Shown here piece by piece: positions 39,082 through 49,749 of a stretch of 64,000 nucleotides of DNA. How positions within the stretch are numbered: the first letter of the stretch is position 1; each line of letters begins with the position of its first letter. The notes under the pieces were generated by a model. The model had not been told where the DNA came from. It saw only the letters and a program-made list of their open reading frames with translations, and ran no database searches. Source of the DNA: Curvularia clavata (lineage: Eukaryota). The stretch is taken from contig CP089280.1 of the NCBI GenBank assembly GCA_023920165.1, positions 620,001 through 684,000 of the forward strand, read 5' to 3'. A program made the position numbers and the translations under genes.

Positions 39082-39245
39082 TTCCGGATGTAGATCGTAA
39101 GATAGCTAGAGAATCGCTTATAGCTAGAGCTCTATGATTCTTGACTATGAATATCTTATAGAGAAAGAGCAAAGCTAAAGCAAAGTCAAAGTACCTGTTG
39201 TTCCTATCACGACACAGGGGTCTTTCGCTACATAGGAGGCGAGGT
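39082..39245 (-). repeat. Right inverted repeat, with an extra ~18-bp degenerate tandem duplication at ~39207-39224
   Basis: Reverse complement reads ACCTCGCCTCCTATGTAGCGA-AAGACCCCTGTGTCGT-GATAGGAACAACAGGTACTTTGACTTTG..., aligning to the left repeat. Confidence 0.85.
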
Positions 39246-39484
39246 TACATTGTAAAAGTACTCTTTTTCATAATTGCTACTCTGCATCTACGAAAAATCA
39301 CATGCATCGAAGAAAGTGAGTTATCAAGGGGAAAAAATATATATGCTGCGGTGAGATATATGCTACCTATTCCAGTCCAAGACATAAAGAACACTTTCGC
39401 TGGTTGGATTTCAAAACTCAACAATATTCAATCTAATTTGCCAAAAAAAAAACCCCCCTCCTTTGGGAGAGAGACATGCTGCGT

Positions 39485-40719
39485 CTAAGCACCTCGGGTC
39501 ATCGCATCGTGCTTGGCCTGAGCCATCAAGTGGCCAACTCCAGGCCCTATGATAGCAAACATCTCAAAAACCACAACGTGGACAATGACGATGACAAGAC
39601 CGGTCAGGATGAAAAAGTTCTTGATAAAAAGCTTGATAAGACGACGACGGGCCTCCCAGTTGAAAGACCTCCAGGCGTCGAGGAAGCCAACGACACCGGT
39701 TCCGCCCATCATCTTGCTGACAACCTTTCCACCAAAAGTACGGTCAAAGGGGACGATGGCGTCTTGGTCCTCGGGAAGAATAGAGGCCTCGACGCGGGCT
39801 AGGGTGACCATAGCAGGCAGGCAGAGGAAGAGATAGCAGGAGATGGCGAAGACGATAACGGCAAGGACGCGAGCGATGTTACCGATCTTCTCGGCACAGC
39901 TGACGGGCTCCCACTGCTTAGACGCATCCGACTCCTTGGTGAAGCCGAGGAGCTTGACCACGCCAACGAGAAGGTACATGCTGATGTGTGGCATGGCCGA
40001 GGCGATGGCGGCGGGAACGGCAAGGGTCTTCCAGTGGCTCTTGTTAGGGATGCGCTTCCAAAAGGACTGCTCAGTCGGCATTCCAACAACCTTGTGTGTC
40101 CATGCGGCGTGGACGCGGGCAAGGAGCGCACCAGTGAGGGCAGCGCTCAAGATAGTCTGGCCGGGGATGAAATCGAAAACGCCGCTGAAGAAGGCAAAGG
40201 CAAGGGTGCTGAGGAAGTGGTACAAGATGTAGACGCGGTATCCCCGGAAGCGGGCGAAGCGGCCGCCGTTGTCGACAAGATGACGGATAGTGGCGCGGAT
40301 GGACGAGGTGATGGGCTTCTGGTTGACGAGCTCGATCGTGGGGCCGGTCTCGAGGAGAGTCTCCTTCTCGCCTTCCTTGACCGATGGCTCATGGGTAGAG
40401 GAGGTAACGGTGATGGCGGCCGTAGGAGACTCAACCATGCACAGGGATACGATGACGTGGTTGAGCATGTACGACATCTAGTAGCACGTTGTCAGTACAT
40501 GATCTCGTTGATGCAATGGTGCAAGGCTGAACAGGGAGTACTCACGAGACTGAACCCAAGCATACCGACCACGAAGGTCAGGTAGACGATTACAACGCCC
40601 CAAGTAGGGACCTCGACTCTGTCGCCTTCACCATGCTGGATAGACACAGCGCGCTTGACAAAGGTTGCTGCATGCGGGTGCGATACAGCGCGACGGGCGA
40701 GCTCAACGAGCATGGTCAT
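39485..40719 (-). CDS. Fungal multi-pass membrane protein of unknown function
   Basis: Exon 40719-40546, intron GTGAGT..TAG (40545-40478), exon 40477-39485; motifs PITSSIRATIRHL..GGRFARFRG and LARVEASILPEDQDAIVPFDRTFGG; several TM segments. Confidence 0.85.
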
Positions 40720-41700
40720 GATGCCTGCTCACTATGCCGAAATGGCAGCAATAAGACTCGTGGATTCGAACGAAAGTTATCAGAGTACGTGTAAGAAAGC
40801 CAAGAACAAATGAGAAAAGGTGTCAACAATGTACTGATGGAAGAGAAGTTAGTATTGAAGGACCGTGTTATAGAATAGGCTGCAGCGTAATAACCAGGAG
40901 GAGGCGAAGTCGCCCAGCGCCAAGTGGCTGTGCTGATACTGACGCAACCAGTGGATGGCCTAGTGCACGGACCAGGGCGTTCCGCTTAGCCGCTGATCTA
41001 TTCTTGGGCTTGCCTCTTCTCGGTGTAGACGACGGATGGTGCTCGGCATGCCTGTGTACATCCTCCTGATCTAGGCTGCATGGGCGTCCTTGAGGACACA
41101 GTTGAGAAGACAAACTGGGCAATTCCTACGAGGGTGCTGAGTGTGCATCCGCCAGCCCGCCCGCCACCGCGTCGCAGGTGAGACAAGGTCAGCACTATCC
41201 GCGTCCAATACATCTAGGTATTATGTCTACCAAGCGGGGCACTAGGAGGGGCAGTCCATGCCATACGCCTGGCTTTCGAGCATCACCATCACACACAACG
41301 CCTCAGCTTTCCAAATGCGAACATAGGTAAAAGACAATTTTGATTACAACTCCCATGTTGCCATGACTACTCCACCGAAACCTGACCCAAAAGGAGACAA
41401 GGCCGTTAGAAAAAAAAACAGATGAATGCAGAGGGGATACTGGAGCCGCTAGACTAGAAACACGAAGAAAACAAGGGGCTTAAGAAAGGGGATACACAGC
41501 GGCCAGCGTGGTTTCCAATTTCCGGGCTTTTCGAATATCGGAACTGACATTGACATTCTATACACGCTCACAGTCATCGAATGATGAGTGTACGCGACAG
41601 ATTGCTCGTGGTGTGTTCAAAGGTTGGATTTGTGCAAGGTGCAGAAGTAGGCATTCGACACACAAGCCGCTCAGTCGAGGTTAGGCCAAAGTCAATTCGC

Positions 41701-43163
41701 TTAGTGAGCAGCCTGGGCAACGGGCTCATCCTCCTCTTCCGAAGACGACTCCTCAATAGGCTCGTGCTTGGGAACAGCGGGGAAAGCCTGCTTCTTGACT
41801 TCTGGCGAAGTAGAGCGTCCACGGTATTGGTTGACGGTCTCTTGGGCCTTGGCGGTAGCTTGTTGTGTGTAGCCCTGGACAGTCTTCATGGCTTTTCCAG
41901 CATGCTGGTTGGCAAGGCCCTTGACCTGCTGAGCCTGCTCGTTGGCAATGTGGTAGCCCTTCTCCAGCTGAGCATCAATGACATCCTTGTTCTTGATGTA
42001 GATGAGGGGACCGAGGAAGGTAATGACGGTCGAGATCAGAGCCAAGCCCCAGAGAGGAACAAACTTGATAAGGAAGTAGGAGAGGAGGGATGCGAAGAAG
42101 GCCTGGGCAGGATAAGTCAGTCAACATGTACAGTGCAGTGGCACGGAGAGCCTCTAGGCGCCGACTTACCGCAACGGTGACATAGACGTTCTCGGCAAAG
42201 ACGATTCGCTGAGACTCGATGACGAAGAAGTTAATGAGCTGCTCAAAGTCATCCATCAGGCGCTCAAGCGAGGCCTTGGGGATGGTGAAGTATTGTCGCG
42301 GCCTAAACTGCGAGGTGAGGCCACGTCCGATGGTCAGCTGGCCAGCGATCTCGGCAGTCGCAGTCGCACCAAGGACCATGTACGACGTCTTGAAGATGTA
42401 GCGGATCAGGTTTAGGTATCGTGCGGCAAAGATGAAGACGATGGTGCTGGCAAAGGCAATACCGGTGGCGCGGGGGTTCTTCCAGCTCAAGAGGCGGTAG
42501 AACATGCTGTGGTAGTCTGCTGGCGGTCAGTGGTAGGCTCCCAATGAGGGGCTCGTGGAGCACTTGCGAGTGAGATTCTGGCCAGTGGCCGTCTTCTGCT
42601 CAGGAATGGTCTTTGAGTTTGCGAGGTCAGCAAACTCATCGCGCGTCTTTGCGCCCTCGGCCTTGACGTTCTGAGCCACGGGTCCTGTGGAATTTAGCTA
42701 CGGGTCGTGTGCGGACATTCTCGGAGTCTGTGTTGGGAGTCAGCTGGTTTCTGGCGCTGTTGAGGGTGCGAGTGCGGGGCTCCAATACGTACCTTACCGT
42801 TCATGACGGTGTTTTTGACGTTTTGCACGCTGGGGTGGTTGCTGGCGGCGTTGAGGGCGCTTGAAGCTGCTTTGTGGGTGTAAGTTTAGGAATTCGGATG
42901 TGGTGCGGGCCGCAGATAAGACTGCGTGGTATAGCGTTAGCTTGCGTCTCGGCAAATGGTCGAGGACCTCGTAATATGCCACTCACCCTACTTTCGTAAA
43001 GACCGTCCCTTGCCTTTGCTGCACCGTTCTGAATGTTGTGGTCTGCGTTGCCGTTGGGCTGCGGGGCCGATTCAGACTGCATCTGCGATAGCTTCTGGTT
43101 GACAGGCGTCGACAGGTCGATATCCGTGCTGCTCAGCTCAACACGTGGGGCTTCTCCGGACAT
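41701..43163 (-). CDS. RTN1: Reticulon-like ER-shaping protein (Rtn1/Cwl1/RtnA-like)
   Basis: Reticulon domain FYRLLSWKNPRATGIAF..LINFFVIESQRIVFAEN..PLIYIKNKDVIDAQL; exons 43163-42992, 42869(or 42866)-42798, 42684-42170, 42102-41701. Confidence 0.9.
42685..42991 (-). other. Two predicted [D5,6] spliceosomal twin introns (42991-42870 and 42797-42685)
   Basis: GTAGG|GTGAGT..GCTAAC..CAG|T..CTAAAC..AG and GTAAG|GTACGT..GCTGAC..CAG|A..GCTAAA..CAG. Each has two donors, two branch points and two acceptors; both internal introns are 65 nt. Confidence 0.8.
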
Positions 43164-45528
43164 TACTTGAGGGAATATGCGGTTTCAGGCAGGTATCGAT
43201 CAGTGCAGGTGAAAAAAGGGGGATGTGTAGAGTACAAAGAGGGCACAAGGGAGTTGGGGTGGTTTTGTTCTGGGACTGTCGTGTGCGCAGTTTGGTGGGC
43301 GTTCACCAAAACGTCATTGCTCCACCAAAGGTCTGGCTGTGATTTGTTTCCGCGGGCATGCACGACATGGCGCGCAGCTTTTCCAGGTTTCACTCAAAGT
43401 CACTCGTCATTGCTATGGAGAGACAGGCAACGCACGCAGCCGCTGGCTTTGCACTTTGCTGGATATTTGCGTGTGGGCAGGTGAGGGTGAGTGACCGAAG
43501 TTGCTCACGTGCCCGGCCCAAGCCCGCACGGGTTTCACATGTGAAAGAGACGCCGGTGCGTGTCTTCTCTCCCTGTGCATGACGCGGTGGCATACCTTGG
43601 ACACATGACGTTTCCCAGGCAGACATTGCCACACGCCTGACCCCCTTGGCAACATGTCTTGTGTTTTTTGTTGATTTGTTTGTTGGTCAGTCGAGGCTAG
43701 AGAGCCCGTTTGACGTTTGGAGACGATTGTGCTAACCCGTCCTCTTCTTTGCCAGGTACCGTGCAAGTCCCCTGCGCAGATCGCCAGGTCGCCGTCACCT
43801 GCTGTGCATGCAGTGCCTGTTGTGCCATGTCTGTACTTATGTACTTTGCATACTACTGGTGTACCGTGTCAATATTGACGCCGGCAGAGTCATGTCTGCA
43901 CCTGTTTTGGGCGCCCTCTTCTTGACTCAGCCTGCACTCGAAACATCGGACATCAACCCCCACTTGGCGACGGCCCTCATCACAACAGGCCACGCTTGCT
44001 ATCGCTGATACGTCGACGGCAGCCAGCTGCGAGAGGAAGGTGTTGGCCGAGATAGTGTCGAGAGATATGTACTCAGGGGGCTCCCGAAGCAGCCAACAGG
44101 CTGGCACACAGGCACGTCTGTCCACAGAAGCCCCGACATGCCCTCAGCAACAGCCCAGGCGAGTGCGAGAAGATGGGTTTCGGCATTGGCTTTTCGTATC
44201 GCTGCGCGCCGAAAGGACTGATTACCGCCGATAAAATAGGCCGCATACGGTGCCCAGGGCTGCAGATGGACATGAAGCAGGTGCGAACACCAAAGGCGGG
44301 GGCAGGGTCTGGAAACAGGCAGGCGCACAGGGCAGGCCTTACCACGCGACTGCCCCGAGGTGGGGGGTGCTTTCCTCAGGCGCCAACCCCGGCCGGCGCC
44401 GCAGCCACCGCCGTCGCTGGCGTGCAGCTTTCATTGTATGTTGCGATGCTGCTTGGGATAAAAATGGCCACCATGGCGACAAGACGGACCTTGATGTACA
44501 CTCGACCATCCGCCTATTGTGTAGCCGCCTGGCCCTCTTCCTGGAACCCGGGTTTTGTCCAAGACGCCAATGGAGGTACGTCGCGGCCAATGTGGTGAGG
44601 AGCACAGTAGCCGGTGTGACGGCCCCCCTCAGAGCCAATACTCGACCGAGCCTCCAGACGGTAACCGGCCGCCGTCTTCAGGTCGGAGGCGTGTTTGGCA
44701 CCCCGCCTCCACGTCAATGTGCTCCCCTCGCCCGCTGTCGACAGGCTGGCTGGACCAACAAGCGCCATGGCGCGAGGCATACATATACCCAGTAGCATCA
44801 TGCACGTCGACACAGGGATGATATAAACACCGACACCTCGCCCTCCCTCTCGGAACACACGAAAACGCGAGGCGCCGCGAAACGAGACCAGACGACTCGA
44901 GTCGAGACAGCTCGAGGCCTGGCGGGTGCTGACAGCACCACCCAGCCTCACCCATTTCTCCTTGCCGTGCCACGCGGAGCAAACGCCTATCAGCACCCAC
45001 CAGGATCGGGATCCAAGCTGAGTGGGGGACCACATTGGCATTGCACGGCAATCTCCTCTGTGGCCGCCTTCACCCATCGACGCGGCCTGTAGTGACTTTG
45101 TGGCGCACCTCCGAATCCTGGCCAAGTTCTGCCGTTGCGATAACGACCCACTCATTCGCACTGCGCCTGCTTGGGTTATCACGCACACCTCCGACCGTCA
45201 GCCCGTCATCTGCCGCTCATCGCCTGCCTGACCTTCTTCTTCACTCTCGTCCTCATCCTCTCCGCCTTGTCGACCTGTTTCCGACGTTGCCTTTAGACTT
45301 GCTCCTCCAACCTGCACCCTCGACATAGACGTCCACGCCGCGCTTCCGGGACCTCGGTACACCACCAGCGTCACCCGGAATAGCGAAATGGTCCATGCGC
45401 CTCCAGCCCACAATCCTGCATCCGTCACCGCTATCGCTGTCCCCCATAGCCGACACTGAGCACGCGACATTCCAAGCAGCTCCCCCCTCTGCGGAGGCGA
45501 GAGTCTGTACGGACTGCTCCACAGCGAA

Positions 45529-47228
45529 ATGATCATACCGCGTAGTCTTTATGGCCCTTCCGCCCCAGAGCCCCGAACCCGCCTGGCCAACAACCCCACT
45601 CTTTTGTACAGTTGGTGGTGCACTGTCTTCTCCGCCGTCATCATAGGTATCCGCCTTTCTGGCCGCTACATTCGCAATGAACGCCTCTTCCGCGAGGACA
45701 AGGTCATGGCTCTCAGCATCTTTCCTCTGTTTGCGCGCATGGGTTTTGTCCACGTTGTCTTGATCTATGGCACCAACAATGTCGACACGACAAACTTGAC
45801 CGACCCCGTCAAAATCCGCCACCGTGAGATTGGTTCGCAGATGGTCCTTGCGGCGAGGATCTTCTACGCACTATTGTATGCATACTCGTCCTTTAGCTTG
45901 TACAACACGACTAACCCGTCACTAGTATCTGGTTGGCCAAGTTCACCGTCTCCGAGTTCTTGAAGCGCTTGACCGAGCGATTCTGGAAAAAGGGCTACGA
46001 ATGGGGGTTGCGCTGTATCCGCATCTTCCTTGTCGTCACCTTCTTCATGGTCCTGGTGGCTACGCTGGTCGAATGTCGTCCCATTACTCACTACTGGCAA
46101 GTCATCCCAGATCCAGGACCACAGTGCCGCCAGGGCTATGCCCAACTCCTCACCATGGGCATTGCGGATATTGTCACCGACATTCTCCTAATCGCCTTCC
46201 CTATCCCAATCATTGTATGCTCCAGCATGCCCTTGAAGCGCAAAATGTCCCTAGTAGCTCTCTTTTCCCTATCACTGGGTCTCATCATTGTCACGGGAGC
46301 TCGTATGCCTCTGGTCATTCAAAAAAAGGGCCTCCAACAATTTCGCACCATGTTTGCTTCGTCTGAGATACTCGCTGCTGCCATTGTATCCAACGCCATT
46401 GTTCTGGGATCATTTCTCCGGGATCGAGGTGTCAAGAAATCAAAGTTCAAAGCACCCTCAACCACCGACAGCTCCGAGCGCAGGTCATCGCGTCGCTTCA
46501 CGGACCAGCCTCGTAGCAGTGATGAAGACCTTGCACGATCGCTGGGGTATCGCACCAAGCCCGAGCTTCTTGAGAAATCAGACAGCCTACCCAGGCCAGC
46601 TCCCGTAGCGGATCTCGACCTCTTGCCGCCAACAAGGCAGTCTGGCCCTTTTGCAAACAACAATTGGAGGTTTCCTGATGAAGATACCAGCACGGTTCGT
46701 ATCGAGGATCATTCGCATGTAGCACCCGAAGATGTACGGGACCCGATGCCTAGTCCTCGTGGCGGCAGACGGGTATCGTGGTTCGATGCGGGCGGTCTAC
46801 TGGAGCAACCAGGAGTAACCCCATCGCCTACAGACTCTGTAATTGCGCATGACTTTGCTACCCAACCCAGAAGGGGCTCTAGAGCCTCCAACTCTATCAT
46901 GTCGGCTGGCCGCGCATGCCTCTTACCAGCTCGGAGGAACTCCCGCCTCTCGCAACGATCCGAGGAGCTTGAACTGCCATCACGGCCGACTCAACCGCTG
47001 CAAGACCTGGGCGGGCTGCTCTCAGAAGATCGCGAGCAAGAAGAAGCCCAGTCTACAGTATCTTCAAACCCCAACTCTTCCGTTGTTCCTCCTCGACGTG
47101 GGTCCATGCGGCGAACCTCGACACGCTCAACACAAACAAGCTATGATGTGCCGCCTCTGCAAGATGCTGGAGGGCTACTTTCATCCGCACCCTCTACTGC
47201 ACCCATTCGACGCACCACTACCCACTAG
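45529..47228 (+). CDS. PTH11-like (fungal rhodopsin-domain) 7TM protein without CFEM, with a long disordered C-tail
   Basis: IRLSGRY..REDKVM, IWLAKFTV, ECRPITHYWQ..C, DIVTDILLIAFPIP; intron 45876-45925. Confidence 0.88.
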
Positions 47229-47862
47229 TGCTGTGAAGGGCCCAGCTTACTGAATTCTGGCAAGCTACTTGACGACACCCTTTCCTCTTCTCTGTAATGA
47301 TCCTCATGCTTGATACCCCGGCCTTGTCGGCCTTTTCCTTCACATCCCTTGCATTGCTTCTGCATTTCCACGACATTTCGAGCCTTTCATTTTCATCTAC
47401 ACGATATCCTCCCTTGCTATGTACTGGTGTTTTACGGATCAATGGTCTCATGGGTTACAACGGTTTCACGGGCGTTGCCTCGTGCGGAAGAGAGCAGAAT
47501 CTGGATGGAAATTAGAGCCGCAAGACTCTTGTACAATAGCACCATAATCCTTCGTACTGATCTGCGAAGTATAAATGAAGTTAATATATCCTCGGCTCCT
47601 TGGTCCCAATACCTGCAGCGGACTATATTTGATGGAACCTGGATCGCGCTAAAGCACGAACCCACTACGATTGCCGAAAGCAGGGTTCCGTCCAACTAAA
47701 CGCCCGAAAGCGCGGGAGCTCGCGTATCTGGTTGCCATGTCTTGGCTCTCCAACGGTGCGGAAAAAGCAGTAAAGGTCTTAGCTCGCGCCACTAGTCAAA
47801 AGGTACCAGCACTTCGTAATCCCACGCTGACACACCATCATTGCTTGCAAGCCTATTGGAAA

Positions 47863-49362
47863 ATGAATAGTGATGCCCCCACACTCCAAGAGGTCATCCA
47901 ATTAACCCGCCATGAACTTGCTAGCCCGCAGAACGCTGACCCAATTCGTGAGTGCGGACGCGCTGCGCTGGCGCTGCTCCCCGCGGATCCCGAGCTGGCC
48001 TTGAAACTTGCATATCAGAAACTACACGATGTACCTTACAAAGAGGTCAAGACTTGTTGGCGGAGACTGTATACCGATGCAAGTCTCTGGAAGGTGCTGA
48101 AGTGGGCAGATGACGGAGGAGAGGAAAGGCACAATGACACGTCAAAGAACGATTGGACTGACGAGGTTGTGCGACTTCTAGATATGGCACTCATCTTGAC
48201 CGGTGCACCTGCGAGGGAAGAGCTTGTGGAGTTGTGGTTTGCGGCGCTGGAAGCTATTTTGATCACAGAGCCTCAAGCCGAAGCTGCAAGCCCGGAGCGG
48301 CCAGTAAAACGACTCAAGCTTTCCGAATCCTGTTCATCCACGCAGGTACCAGGAAATTTTCCTGCAGAGCTTCCCGATCCTGCACCCGTTCTTCGATGTC
48401 CCTTGCAACGAAAGAAAGAGCTCAGTCTGGTGGCTTTCCAGAAGAAAGTTGGCGCCGTAGAAACGCACACACCGTGTATCATTGAGGATGCCATACAGCA
48501 TTGGCCAGCGCTCACGGACCGACCATGGAACAAACCAGAGTATCTATTGCGACAGACACTTGGTGGTAGAAGGCTAGTTCCAGTCGAGGTAGGAAAGAGT
48601 TATACTGATGAAGGATGGGGCCAGCGCATCATTACTTTTCGTGAATTCATGGAAACGTATATGCTGGATGGAAAGAGAGATAAATCGGTCTACGAACACA
48701 AAGATGGGACAGTCACTGTGAGCAAGACTAAATCAAATGACAATCCACAACCAGACCAAAACAAGAGTGCAAAGTCGGTAGGCTATCTCGCTCAGCACGA
48801 TCTCTTCGCGCAAATTCCATCTTTAAGATTGGACATCAGCATCCCCGACTACTGCTACTGCGAACCTATCCCGTCTCCTCATCTTACGCATATTAAGCCA
48901 GTCGGGAAGTTAGAAGAACCATTACTCAACGCTTGGTTCGGTCCGGCTGGTACCATCTCCCCATTGCATACAGATCCATACCACAATATCCTCGCCCAGG
49001 TAGTAGGGTACAAGTATGTACGCCTCTACGCACCAGAGGAAACAAAACGACTCTACCCAAGGAGCGTAGACGAATCCGGTGTTGACATGAGCAACACCAG
49101 CCAAGTCGATCTCGACGAAGCCATGGCTCTATTCCCTGCGATTTCCTGCTTCCAACACACGGAGAGTGATTTGGAGACAAACTCAAACACCGAAGACAAA
49201 TTGAAGAAGCGCGAATTTCAAGACCAATTCCCCGAATTTGAAAACGCGCCATATTTCGAGGGTATTTTGGGTCCAGGCGACTGCTTGTATCTTCCGGTGG
49301 GTTGGTGGCATTATGTTCGCAGTCTTACACCGAGTTTTAGCGTAAGCTTTTGGTTCAATTAA
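47863..49362 (+). CDS. JmjC-domain 2-oxoglutarate/Fe(II) oxygenase, JMJD5/KDM8-like
   Basis: VPVEVGKSYTDEGWGQ, GYLAQHDLFAQIP, NAWFGPAGTISPLHTDPYHN (HxD), GWWHYVRSL..SFSVSFW; start taken at MNSDAP. Confidence 0.92.
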   Translation: MNSDAPTLQEVIQLTRHELASPQNADPIRECGRAALALLPADPELALKLAYQKLHDVPYKEVKTCWRRLYTDASLWKVLKWADDGGEERHNDTSKNDWTDEVVRLLDMALILTGAPAREELVELWFAALEAILITEPQAEAASPERPVKRLKLSESCSSTQVPGNFPAELPDPAPVLRCPLQRKKELSLVAFQKKVGAVETHTPCIIEDAIQHWPALTDRPWNKPEYLLRQTLGGRRLVPVEVGKSYTDEGWGQRIITFREFMETYMLDGKRDKSVYEHKDGTVTVSKTKSNDNPQPDQNKSAKSVGYLAQHDLFAQIPSLRLDISIPDYCYCEPIPSPHLTHIKPVGKLEEPLLNAWFGPAGTISPLHTDPYHNILAQVVGYKYVRLYAPEETKRLYPRSVDESGVDMSNTSQVDLDEAMALFPAISCFQHTESDLETNSNTEDKLKKREFQDQFPEFENAPYFEGILGPGDCLYLPVGWWHYVRSLTPSFSVSFWFN

Positions 49363-49749
49363 GTCCGCCCTATACAAACACCTTTCCAGTTACAGTTTCT
49401 GCACATTGCCAAACTGCCACAAACATCAATCGTTTTTTTTCCCCCTCTAAGCGACATTGTGGTCACTCAGAAAGAATGCACCCACATTACCGACATGCAT
49501 TTTCGCCCCCAAAACGTCATCAGGCCCCCGACTTCATATATATGCATAGGTCGCCTCGCCCCTCTCAGAGCTATCTGATTGGGTATCTCTCGTACTCGCG
49601 ACCCGTAGCATAGCCATGCAACAACAGCATTGCGCCCGGTGATCGTCTATTTGCACTCTGCATGAAGCAGTATATGGTGACGGGTGTGGCGCATACTCTG
49701 CCCTGCCCTTCGCGACCTCTACCGTCTAGACCTTGCCCGACTGCTCGCC

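Larger units (their letters stand above)
34147..39245. mobile_element. Putative non-autonomous TIR DNA transposon (~5.1 kb) carrying an NLR gene as cargo
   Basis: Inverted terminal similarity between 34147-~34292 and ~39082-39245; ends read TA|ACCTC...GAGGT|TA; the interior is TpA-rich (RIP-like) relative to neighbouring genes; no transposase ORF. Confidence 0.6.

Noticed and set aside
39245..39256. TTAC-N7-A motif at the right boundary, reminiscent of some Starship target sites
   Set aside because: No matching TTAC direct repeat at the left boundary and no tyrosine-recombinase captain ORF in the window.
34130..39260. 8-10 bp (hAT/MULE-type) target-site duplication
   Set aside because: The flanks (gatttagaata / tacattgtaaa) share only TA, so the superfamily remains unassigned.
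43164..45528. ORFs up to 224 aa between RTN1 and the PTH11-like gene
   Set aside because: GC-rich divergent promoter/UTR DNA yields spurious ORFs on both strands with no domain signatures.
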